Below are positions 13,806-26,492 of a DNA stretch of 64,000 bases, one piece after another. The notes beneath the pieces were generated by a model. It did not search any database and had not been told where the DNA came from. It worked only from the letters and a program-made list of their open reading frames with translations. Made by a program: the position numbers and the translations under genes. How positions within the stretch are numbered: position 1 is the first letter of the stretch; the number at the start of each line of letters is the position of its first letter. Source of the stretch: Eledone cirrhosa (lineage: Eukaryota); contig OZ024744.1 of NCBI GenBank assembly GCA_964016885.1, forward strand, positions 58,280,001-58,344,000, given 5' to 3'.

Positions 13806-13946
13806 GGGAAAATGTCCATCTTAAGATATTAGTTCCTAGTGCAGCTGCTGGAGCCATTATTGGTAAAGGTGGAGAGACCATTGCACAAGTGCAGAAAGAT
13901 GCAGGAGCCAGAGTAAAGATGTCGAAAGCTAATGATCATTATCCTG
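13806..13946 (+). CDS. Nova: Nova coding exon, KH1 first half (141 nt, phase 1-1)
   Basis: TTTTTATTACAG|GG GAA AAT GTC CAT CTT AAG ... CAT TAT CCT G|GTAACT; missed by the ORF track. Confidence 0.93.
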
Positions 13947-16900
13947 GTAACTATTTTCTGTTTGTGAAGGACTAACAAATATTTAATATTGGGTTGGGAC
14001 TGTTTATAATTAACATATCAAGGAAGTAGGATAAATAAAGTGATTGTTTTTAATGATTTTGTATTAATGGAGGTGAGAGAATTTTAGATACTTGCATACT
14101 TGTGATAAATTTTCTCTATACTACATAGTTTAACATTTGAGTAATAATGATTTAAATATCATTTGGTGATCTATCAGAATACTGCATGTGAGAAATTGAA
14201 TATGTAGGCTTACATTGTAAATTTTCTGCATGACTATTTTTAGAAAATTTAAATTGAATTTTATTGCTAGTTTAACAATATCTTGTAGCATTTATTTGTA
14301 TTATTTTTTGGTTAGAATAGGGTCGCAGACTTGGCAGTATCAGTGGAGCGTCGGACAACATGCTTTGCGGCATATAGTTACGGCCCTTGTTGTTCTGAGT
14401 TCATATACCACTGAGATTTAGCTTTGCCTTTCATTCTTATGGGGTTGATAAAATAACGTTCCAGTAACTCACTGGGGTTAATTTGACTTTCTCCCTACCC
14501 TTCAAATTTCTGGCCATGTGTCAAAAGTAGAAACAATTATTTATTGATTAGAATTTTTTTTACTTCATTTCTATTGTAAATAAGCATTTTTTTTTCTACT
14601 CTTTAAAAATCATTTTGATATAAAGAATTGGAATATATTGAAGAGGCACCACATTTTGGTCATTTATTTTTATTAGATTAACAGTTTATTGTTTAAAAAA
14701 AATTTCCAGGGACATCCGAACGAGTGTGTCTTATAACTGGTTCAGTTGAAGCTGTTAGAAAAGTCCATACTTTTATTATGGAAAAAATCAGGGAAAAACC
14801 AGAACCTAACCCCAAATTAGATGAAAATAAAAGTACCTATGAACGGCACCGGCAGGTAATAATGTTAATTTTCTTTCAGATTTTACACACACACACATAC
14901 TCACATATATACACACATGCACGCACACATATATATACATGCACACATGTGTGTTTGTGTATATATATGTATAGTTTAGAAATGTATTTAAAGTAAATGA
15001 AATCTATGAAGATTTAACTTTAATTTTTCATACTTATTGTCTACATTCTTTTAATTAATTTGTGTAATTGAGAAAAGATGGGAAGAAGTGCATGAAACTG
15101 AGGAAAATATATTCTTAGTTACCAAAGCATCTTCCTATCCAATTTGATTGTGTCGAATTTTTCGGAATTTTTGATGTATATGAAAGTGGATTAATAATCT
15201 TTTAAAATTATATTTAACTATAGTTTTTGTTCAATATTTGCCTTTCCATTTTGTTAATGTTACTAAATCAGTGGTCAGAATTAGCTCTTCTACCTCCAAT
15301 TCAGGCAGCAAGAGCCCTTTGTTTAAATAGGCTGTCTGATAGGTTGCTATTTCCAAACTATAAAGTTTCTCTTACATCACCTTCTGATCTGCTCACTTTC
15401 CTTACTTTTTGTACATACTGAAATCCCAAAATAGGTTAAAAAGAAATCATTCTTACTTTCAGACAATAGATTTAGCTGCTCCAACCCAATATGACAGGCT
15501 CCAGCCCTCTGATAGTCTAGAACCATTTTTACAGGTCAGAGAGTCCTTTGAACTTTTTGAAACCGCTAAGGTCAAGTTTTGGCCTTTTTATTTACATATG
15601 GCTGGACATTTTGTTTCAGTATTCAAGGAAATTGAAATTGTATTCCAAACCATTTATTGATGGTAATAAATGTTCAAATAAATATATATTTTGATCTAGC
15701 TCTGAATGTATAGGAAGTTCTTGCTAAAGTATGTTTACTGTGGATGAGAACTCATTTTTATATATTTAGAAATGTTAAACATTACTGTATTATATAGTAC
15801 AAAATTCTTAAGGATGACTTTATTTGGAAATTAAGCATGTTATTTAAGTATACTCCTAGTTGGTTTTCACATGATGATGATCAGGTCACTGCTGCCTCCT
15901 CTTTTCAACTGCATTCAGCATGTCTGTTCAAATTAATTTAGCATTTACCTGTTTCATTCCTAAGGCTAAGATAGTTCTGCATTTTATAATAAAATAATTG
16001 TTAACCACATTTGTTTGATTTGGTCTTTGAGTAGAAATGAATTATAGCTAGCTATTATTATTATTATTTTTTTTTTTTTTTTACACCGTTTGAACATCTA
16101 TTAGTCAACTAATAGATATGAAATTGTCTTTTAGTGTGTTATACTAATGAAATATTAATTCAAATCACTCAAAAAACTTTGCTGATTATTAATTTCAACT
16201 ATAAAAAAAAACCTGTGGTTAACTAAATAAAAATAAGAATTTTATTGAAAAAAAAAGTTTCTCTTAAATATTTTAAAATGTAACAGATAATAGATAATTT
16301 TATAACAAGATTAACCATTTAAATTTGGTTTGCTACATATAAAGTCATTCATTTTGATCATAAAATCATAATTATCTAATTTGTAACTGAATCAAAATTA
16401 AAGCTATTTATATATATTTTGTTTTTGCTTGATGATCATGTTCCATATTTTGCTTTAATTTATTAACTGTTGTTTTACCAATGTTTTCAGGTGAAAATCT
16501 TAGTCCCTAATAGTACTGCAGGAATGATAATTGGTAAAGGTGGCATTTATATAAAACAAATTAAGGAGGAAAGTGGAGCGTATGTGCAGATATCTCAAAA
16601 GTCAAAAGAAACTAATTTGCCAGAACGCTGTGTAACAGTTGCAGGTGAGCTATTTTGAGATTAACTGAAAATACAATTGCAACATTGATTGAGCTTTTCC
16701 ATGTGTAATGTTTTTTTGTTTTTTTTTTGTGTGTGCATTATTGTTGTTTGAAACTGAATTTACAGTTAGTAAACAAAGATTCTCTTATACTCTTACTTTT
16801 TGTGCATGCACAATGAAGAATTTTGACGTTTTGAAGATTAAGATCTGTATTTTGTTGTAGCTTTTGACTTTTACATAGTAAAATTGATGTTTCATGTACA

Positions 16901-18598
16901 TGGATGAACTTACAGTAGTGATTGTTCATCTATAAAGTTGGATTTATTTTATTTATTTTTATGAATTGTTGCTCTTATTTTATAACCATAAGCTTATTAG
17001 GGTTGTAATTATTATGCTTTATATTGCAAGTGGTTTTTATATGATTTATCACTAGAATGTGTAAACCATTCTAAATATAGATATAAATATTTAATTAGAA
17101 GTGGATTAGCCACTAGTTTCCAAAAAAATGTTTTCTCTGATTTCAACTCATCAGCAGTATTTGTTATTATAAGATATTCCTTGTATAAGTCTTATCAAAT
17201 CGGTAACTAGTTTTAATGGTTATTTTAGCATTTTAAAAAAACATTTTAATTTGATAGTTTTTCTTTTATAATGTAACTGAAATATTAAGATTCACTATCT
17301 AAATTAAAATATTGTAAATAAAGTAGTATGCAGTTTAATAGTTTTTCTGAGGTCTTAAATTTTATTTAGTCTAAAATGTTTTTTTTCTTTCTTTTTTTTT
17401 TCTTTTTCTTTTTCTTAATATGTGTATTGCAGGTGATGTTGAGTCCAACAGAAGAGCTGTTGACATGATATTACAGAAGATAGTTGAAGATCCTCAAAGT
17501 GGAAGCTGTCCAAATATCAGTTATGCAGATTACACAGGACCAGTGGCCAGTGCTAATCCTACCGGGTCCCCTTTCGCTAACACGGACTATATACAAAACA
17601 GAAGTACAGAGATAGGATTAGCTAATAATAACTTTGGTGCTTTTGGTTTTGGTTTTAATGGAAATGCCTTTGGAAACAATATAGGAGCTAGCATGACGAA
17701 TCTGAACTTGAATGCAGCTTTAAGTGGTGGCACTAGTAATAGCATTAACAGTACGGCTTTGGATAACATAAAAATAACTCTGCGAGGAAACGGATTTTCA
17801 GATCAAGCAACCGAAGAAATAAGTACTGCCATGAACACTTTAGCTAGCTATGGTATATTAGCTAGTATGGGTTTAGGAATGGGCAGTTTGAATAATTTGG
17901 CAAACTTAGGAACTGGAAGCGGTCTAGGAACAGGACTGAATCTTAATTCATCTGGCTTGCAAGGCTCTAGCATGATGTCAAGTAGTACAACTTCAACCAC
18001 AAGTGTGAGCAGCCCTTTCTTTAACACTACAACCAGTACTAACAGTGCTGGTAGCCTTTTTGGTCCAGTTGGCAGTGGGTCATCCGGATTAGGAAGTTCT
18101 GGCTCTACTGGAGCCAACTCTAGTCTTTTCAGTAATTCCTCTCCTAGTATTGGCAACGAAAGATATGGGGGAAGTCCAATGCTTAATGATTCATTTGGCA
18201 ATGCTGCTAATTATCCCAGCAATCCTGGGTTCACTGGAACTCCAAGCATAGCTGGCGACAGGTCTCCTAATGTTAATCAAAATTCTTTTGGCCTCGGAAC
18301 TGGCATCTATTGCCCTGCTGATGACAAATCAGCCCCGGCAACTAAGCATGAGATGGAGGTTCCGGAGACAATTGTTGGAGCTATCCTGGGACCTGGCGGG
18401 AAAGGCATCGTGGAAATACAACAGCTCACGGGCACCAACATTCAGATTTCAAAAAAAGGAGTCTATGTACCTGGTACCCGTAATCGTGTTGTCACCATAA
18501 CTGGTACTCCTAACAACATTTCCAAAGCCCAGATATTTATCCAGCGGCGCCTCCAGCAAGAGGAAATGAAGAGGGCTCGTCAAGCTTCTACCCGTTAG
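13806..18598 (+). CDS. Nova: RNA-binding protein NOVA/Pasilla orthologue (three KH domains), 5'-partial, about 534 aa from four exons
   Basis: Spliced translation gives KH1 [28 protein letters not shown]2 [23 protein letters not shown], the Nova-specific [26 protein letters not shown] motif, linker motif MNTLASYG, and KH3 [34 protein letters not shown]. All introns are GT-AG with consistent phases. Confidence 0.96.
14322..14540 (+). mobile_element. tRNA-derived SINE (family A), intronic
   Basis: TTGGCAGTATC A-box-like head, GAGTTCA B-box-like motif, GCTTTGCCTTTCATTC body, GGCCATGTGTCAAAAGTAGAAACAATTAT tail. Confidence 0.75.
14710..14855 (+). CDS. Nova: Nova coding exon, KH1 second half and linker (146 nt, phase 1-0)
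   Basis: TTTCCAG|GG ACA TCC GAA CGA GTG TGT ... CAC CGG CAG|GTAATA; encodes [28 protein letters not shown]. Confidence 0.93.
16491..16644 (+). CDS. Nova: Nova coding exon, KH2 (154 nt, phase 0-1)
   Basis: TTTTCAG|GTG AAA ATC TTA ... ACA GTT GCA G|GTGAGC. Confidence 0.94.
17433..18598 (+). CDS. Nova: Nova last coding exon: KH2 end, G/S/N-rich linker, KH3, stop
   Basis: Long poly-Y tract then TTGCAG|GT GAT GTT GAG; open frame to TAG at 18596-18598. Confidence 0.93.
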
Positions 18599-18846
18599 GG
18601 TACCCTCTCCCGCCATTTCATTGCACGGAAATTCCCCCTTTTTCTTTCTATTTTTTTTTTTTTTTTTTTTTCAAAAATCCTTTCTCTTATCTCCCTCACT
18701 CTCTCACCCATTCCTCCTAATTTTTCTTTTCTTGATTTTTCCCACTTTCATTTAAACATTTTTATTTATTTTATTTTATATTTTTTTAAATCAAATTAAA
18801 CCCATCCCGAATCCTAACCATACATATTTCAAACACACACACACAC

Positions 18847-18896
<50 letters not shown>

Positions 18897-21800
18897 GCAC
18901 AAACACATACACACATGCTTACATATTCGTATATATTCACAGAAACACACAATGTTCATACATATATACATATGCATATATGTGTGTGTATTCATATACA
19001 GGTATGAGTATATATGTATTTATATATAGCACCCACACCTAGACTTTTGTGTGTTTGTGTTAATATGTATGCATGTGTGTGTGTGTATGTGTGCGTATGT
19101 GTATATATGTGTGTGTATATATATATATGTAAGTATATATACACATACATACCTACACACCCACACATATATACATATATTCAAACACACACATAATATA
19201 TATATACGCATATATAATCATTTTTTCCTCTTTCTACAGCTTGGAAATGAGGAATACAAAACGTAAATACATTGCCTCTCCAATTTCTAGATATAACAAG
19301 ATGAAAGCTAACCTTTTTTTCCATCAAATTCATTCAACATATAAATTCATTTATAAATTAAATTTCAAATGTTCTAAATGAATCCCACACAGCCTCAGAA
19401 GTGTTTAGTATCACATGCATACATACATCCATACACAATTACACACTCAAATCTTCTCAAGGTGGGGAAAATTGAAATGCCTACGAGTTTTTTTTTTTTT
19501 TTTTTTAGTGTTACGTTTTGTGTGTATATAAATGTATATATGTGTGTATGTGTTGATGTAATATTGGTATTTTCACATCTATTTTCCATGCTACCATGGT
19601 TGGGATGTTTCTGATATGGATATTTTCATGAATTCTGTGTGTGCGTGTGTGCATGCGTGTGTGTGTGTGTGTGTGTGTGTGTATTTGTTGTGTGTGTGTG
19701 TGTATATATATATGTGTGTATATATGTATATGCATACATACATACATAAATGTACACACATTTTTGATTACATTTTTGAGTTTTTATTTATATTAATTTA
19801 ATGCTTTGAAAATATTTTAAAAAAATCAAAAAATTCAAAAATTGAAAAAAATCTATTTAAAATGTTACTCTCATCATATTCATATTCTAGAAATAAGACA
19901 CATTTAATCTGGATATTCAATCATCAATGTTCTAAAATCAATTAAGAATTTTTTAAGTATTTTTTTTTTTTTTTTTTTTTTTTTTTAGTTTTTTTTTTTT
20001 TTACCCCAAATGGAAATCATATAACTTTAATGTTCAGGTCAAATTAGTTAGCTAATTGAGGCATTTATTTCTATATTTTTAAAATGTTTCTAGATTTACT
20101 TAATTTATTCAATAGATTGACATATTCTCACTACAGAAAAATCATCATCAATTTATATCTGATTGTCATAAACATGTTTTGTGGCTGAGTTAATGTATTC
20201 TGATAAATCTTACATCTTATAGTGAAAAGGTTGGCTTAATTTGATTTTCTGGTAGTTGGAAAGACAAAGTGACTATTTCTGTTATTTTCTTTTTGATTCA
20301 CAGAGGCTTCCCTGAATATTATGAAAATGGAATGTGGTATTGAAATATCTGTTGCAGTCTCTTCAAGCAGCTTTAAAAACTGTTTTATTGAACCAAAATA
20401 GAATTAACTTTTCAGTGCTTAGGTCAAAATTTGTCTTTCACTGATACTTCTCATCAAGTATCAAAATATGTAGGTTGGCCTAAGATGAAAAAGAAATCTT
20501 GAGCAAGATGGTTATACCTGATTATAACATTATACATTCATTATTGTTTTCATTTTGCAAAAAGAAAAATAACAAAAAAAGACAAAAAGAAAAAAAAAAT
20601 ATAAAGATAAAATGTAAAAAAAAAAAAAAAATCATTCTCTTTTTATTTTCCTAATATCCTATGTTTATTATATCAATGATTTATTAACTCGTATTTCAGA
20701 GCACCTATGTAATGAGAAATCAAAATCATCTTAATTCTATTAAAGCAATTTTTCACCCTATAGATTCCATAAAATCTCCACATATCTATCTCTAAAATCT
20801 ATTTATACCTATTTATATCCATGTATTTATATTGGTTATCAACCTTTTTCCTTGCATAAATAACTTCTTCTGATTTCTAAACATCTCATTATTTGATTTA
20901 TATTTTCCTAATTAAAATGTTTTAGTCTCTAAATTTCAGTTTAATTGTTATAGACTTTAATATTAAAATATATATCTTGTTGCATTGTTACAAGTGATTC
21001 AGTGATTATAGTTTTCAATAATGTTGCCCTGTTTTGTAATGTAATAGTTTCTAGTAGCTCCACACACACTCACTCTGTCTTTCTCTCTCATTGTCTCTTT
21101 CTCTCCCTCTCTCACATACACACAAAATCAATTGAAACCCATCTAATGTTTGTAATTTATTCACAGAATTCAAAATATTTAATCCAAAGTATTTTAATTC
21201 TTAAAGCTACACATTGCTTTATAGTCAGTAATTATATTCTTGTCCAATCAGAGAAACATTACTCTATAATAGTCTTGTACATGCATTAGATTTTAAAATC
21301 TATTGGAAAACATCATCATTGTAAGTATTCCCAGTAATGGTTTTATTTATTTTTTGTATAAAGCACATTTTGTGTGTGTTAGTATCTTCCTTTTAGCAAG
21401 GTATCTGATTTCACTAGGGTTTTAGGTGGATTTCTTTCTTTAGCTTAGGTTTCATAGTTAAAATCTATTATTTTCCCTGTCCCATATTTATTCTTCATTG
21501 TTAATTTTTCACAGCATTATATTTACCAATTGTATATGAAATTAGTAATAGTGAGTAATGTCAATAGATTTTATTCTTCCTTTTCATGTTACACACACAC
21601 ATACACACATATGTGTGTGTGTATGTATGTATGTATGTTTATTTGGACAATCTAATTGACAAAAAGGCATTTTTATGCACTTTTAGTTGAATTATCTATC
21701 CATAGGCGTTTTCTTCAGACTGAATCTTAATGTTATTGTTAAAAGTAGTAGTTATGAATACACTATTTTCACAGCTTTCTCATTTTGCAATCAACTTTAA

Positions 21801-22172
21801 AACTTCCATACACTGTGCAATTACTCCATGATTGTACTACTACTATATTAAAAATACTATTTTATCTTCTATACCATGACAATATTTCATTGAAAGTATA
21901 AGAATATGACATTTTTGGTTTCATTTAATAAGATGGTTTGATGTAATACACCAATACCATTCTATCAGTATATATTTTACTAGGGCTAATCATTGAACTA
22001 TCTCTAGTTACAGTTTTACATGTCAACACATTCAATTTCATTTTAAATTAGATTTTGCAAGTAAACTCTATGCAAATATGCCTTAATATTGGAAATGGTT
22101 AAGATATATAGTTCTTCTAGTCTATTATCATTATTATTATCATCATCATTATTATTTTTATTGGATTGACTA

Positions 22173-22560
22173 AAGGTGGTGAGTCAGACGAGGTGTTTTG
22201 ATGCATCTAGTTATGACCTTTTAAGTCCTGAGTTCAAATCCTGATGAGGTCAACTTTGCCTTTCATCCTTACGAGGTTATGATCAACCCCCTCCCCTCCT
22301 CAAAATTATTGGGCTTGTGTCTAAAATTAGAAATCATTATTAGGGGTGGTGAGTTGGCAGAATCACTAGTGTCAAACAGAATGCTTTGCAGCATTTAGTA
22401 ACCGTTCCTTGTGTTCTGAGTTAAAATCTTGCTGTGGTATTTTGGTCATCCTACTGGGGTCAGTGAAATAAAGTAACAATCAAGTACTGAGGTTGATATA
22501 ATGAACGTATCTTCCCATCCACTTTTGCTGGCCTTGTGCCTAAATTAGAAATCATTATCT
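22173..22560 (+). mobile_element. Two head-to-tail family A SINEs (22173-22341 and 22342-22560)
   Basis: Each has a GGTGGTGAGT head, GAGTT(C/A)AAATC B-box and CTTGTG(T/C)CTAAA(A)TTAGAAATCATTAT tail. The first follows an ATT/ATC repeat; the second starts in the first one's ATT tail. Confidence 0.8.
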
Positions 22561-22805
22561 TCATTATACAAAGCTTAGAGTTGCTTATGAAAAAAGAAAC
22601 AACCTTATGTAAAATTTTATTTTTGACGTATGATTTGAAAATATCTAAAGTGAAAGAGAAAAACAAAAACACAAAACAAAACATTTACAATACTAAACAC
22701 TTCAAAGGCAAATGATTAATTTTCCATCTATTTATTTTAAATTGCAGTATATCATTTTAATCATAGAGGCTTTGTGTTATCACCCTAAGGAATATGAATA
22801 TAATT

Positions 22806-22851
<46 letters not shown>

Positions 22852-22905
22852 ACATATATGTACACACACGAATATATATTACATATATACATTCATACAT
22901 GCATG

Positions 22906-22979
<74 letters not shown>

Positions 22980-24663
22980 TACATAGACATATACACACAT
23001 GCATATGTGTAACCCCTCTTTCATTTTTCCTACCCCTTCTTTTAAAATCTAATATATTTTTTAAATTATCATTTCATTATTTGATTATTTTGTTTTAGGG
23101 GGCATTTACAGTTCCAAGAATGGCTGCACCTTTTTCTTCCATTTTTATGGTCAGCAGAGATATCTGGAATTTTAAAGAATGATGCCTTCTGCTCATACCA
23201 ACTTAACAATGTGCCAGATATTTTTTATTACACAGCAAAAATGATGTACGTGTTTGCATTGTATATTTAAATTTTGCAATAATATAGTTATTCATGTGAT
23301 ATAATGAAAATTTTCATAAACAAGTCTCTCTGCTAACCAGAATCCAGTAGAAAGGCTTCATGACTAGTCACAAAAGTTTTACTCTGATATACTTACATTA
23401 GCACCACTTAATTGTCAAGATATGACTAATATACATCCATTTTCACTCTCCCTCTAAGTAAAACTAAACTTGATAGATTTATTAAAATGCTAACATTTTG
23501 TCATAGACTGTTAAAATTTTCCAATATTTTCTTCATATATATATACTCATACACACACACGCATATATATATATATATTATATATATGTATACACACACA
23601 CATATGTGTGTGTGTGTGTGTGTAGTTCAAAGGTGAGCAATATCTCCTCATGCTGAAAGCGGTTTGAAGCTGGCATGGTCATAACAGAAAAAGAGAAAAA
23701 GCAATTGTTAATTATTATTGAGTCTGCACATTTTGTTGATCAAACATATATTTTGATATATTGCTTTTACCATTTGTTTTACATGCCTGCTAATAGCAAC
23801 AGCTATGCTGTGAGTGCATAACGAATATTGGGAATATATTCTTCCCTGTTGACACTCATTTGATGGTTCCTTCCAATCTTTTTTATATTTCTGCGCTCAC
23901 ACTGTTCACATTTAGTTCGCATTTGCAAAATTAATTGAATTTTAATTTTAATCTGTTGAAGTGACAAATCACTTAATATAGAAAACGAATGATTCAGCTT
24001 TCACTTTATATGCATATGTAAACACGTGTATGTATATAAAGTTAGTATCATTTTTATATAGTGATTTAAGATACAAGTTGCACTTGACATATTTACTATT
24101 AGAAATTTCATTATATGCTATGTAAATGATTATATGAAATTGGAATTGTTTATTTGAATATATAGTGCAAAAATGCTGTGTTTTTGCTATGTAATTAAAA
24201 CATGTGCTCAGAAATAATAATTAAAAAAAAAAAAAAAAAAAAAAAAAAGCGGCCATTTTTTAGGAAAGCTTTGTGAATCATACATCTGTGCATGAGTTCC
24301 AAATTGTGGAAAGACAAGAAAATGGATTTTCTCTTAATGCTGCGGTGTCACCCATGTGTGTTTGTGTGACTAATCAACCAATCACTTCCAGGTGTGTCCA
24401 CTCTACTTTGCCCTCTTCTATATTCTCACAAAAGGAAAAAAAGAAAAAGAAAGTGGCATACTTACAGGGCTGTGCATCTTCGTTTTCACTAATAGTCATA
24501 CCAGAATTGGTTGCATAATGTACATTAAAACACAAGCCATTAGTCCTTGCATTGCTGTATATAAATTCACCCACAAACTCTGGCAATAGCCATCACTCTC
24601 ATGTGCCCATCTGTGACAGTGCACAGATCACACTAGGAATATATAATTTGGGCACTCATTAAA

Positions 24664-24667
<4 letters not shown>

Positions 24668-24712
<45 letters not shown>

Positions 24713-24840
24713 ATATAATATGTATATATATATATGTATATATATATATGTGTATATATATATATATATGTGTGTATATATATATACGTGTATATATATA
24801 TATATGTGTATATATATATATGTGTATATATATATATGTG

Positions 24841-24871
<31 letters not shown>

Positions 24872-24939
24872 GTGTATATATATGTGTATATATATATATA
24901 TATACATACATATATATATATATATACATATATATGTAT

Positions 24940-24970
<31 letters not shown>

Positions 24971-26261
24971 CATATATATGTATATACATACATATATATA
25001 TATATATATACATACATATATATGTATATATATACATATATATGTATATATATATATATATATGTATATACATATATATACACTATGTATGTATATATAT
25101 ATATATAAATAATGTATATATATATATATTATATATATATAAAATGTATATATATAATGTGTATATATGTGTATATATAATGTATGTGTATATATATATA
25201 ATATATGTGTATATATAATATATATGTGTATAGATAATGTATATGTATATATATATATATAATATATATGTGTATATATAATGTATATGTATATATATAA
25301 TGTGTATATATGTATGTATATATATATGTGTGTGTATATATATATGTATACATATACATATATATGTATATGTATACATATATATGTGTATACATACATA
25401 TGTATGTATATATATATATGTGTATAGATATGTATGTATATATATAATATATGTATGTATGTATATATATATAATATATGTATGTATGTATATATATAAT
25501 ATATGTATGTATATATATAATATATGTATGTATATATATATAATATATGTATGTATGTATATATGTATATGTATGTATATAATATATGTGTATGTATGTA
25601 TATATGTATATGTATATATATGTTTGTATGTATATGTATATATATGTTTGTATGTATATATATATATGTATATGTGTGTATATATGTATATGTATGTATA
25701 TGTGTATATGTATGTATATGTGTATATATATGTATATGTATGTATGTATATGTATATATATGTATGTATATATATATATATGTATGTTTGTATGTATATG
25801 TATGTATGTATGTATGTATGTATATATGTATGTATGTTTATATATATATGTTTATATGTATGTATGTGTATATGTATATGTTTATATATGTATGTGTATA
25901 TGTATATGTTTATATATATATGTTTATATATAGATGTGTTTATATATATATGTGTGTATATATATATAGATGTATATATATGTGTGTATATATATATGGA
26001 TGTATATATATAATATGTTTATATGTATGTATATATATATATAATATATATGTTTATATATAATATATATATACATATATATGTGTATGTATATAATATA
26101 TATATATATGTATGTATATATGTGTATGGGTATATATATATGTGTGTGTATATATGTAATATATATATGTGTATATATATATATATATAAATATATATAT
26201 GTATAAATATATATATGTATAAATATATATATGTATAAATATATATATGTATAAATATATG

Positions 26262-26315
<54 letters not shown>

Positions 26316-26333
26316 GTATATATATATAATATG

Positions 26334-26367
<34 letters not shown>

Positions 26368-26439
26368 ATATGTATATATATATAATATGTATATATATAT
26401 AATATGTATATATATATATGTATATATATATAATATGTA

Positions 26440-26489
<50 letters not shown>
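24668..26489. repeat. About 1.8 kb compound (TA)n/(TATG)n/(TACA)n microsatellite tract
   Basis: Directly visible; it generates all the YIYI-type ORFs. Confidence 0.97.

Positions 26490-26492
<3 letters not shown>

Noticed and set aside
17420-17432. ATG start of the 392-aa ORF
   Set aside because: It lies within the intron acceptor region; the exon begins at 17433 in phase with the upstream exon.
17587-18500. Antisense and alternate-frame ORFs over the Nova exon
   Set aside because: They are shadows of the real coding frame with no independent domain signal.
22173-22245. tRNA gene
   Set aside because: It has only A- and B-box-like motifs with no cloverleaf and continues into a SINE body.
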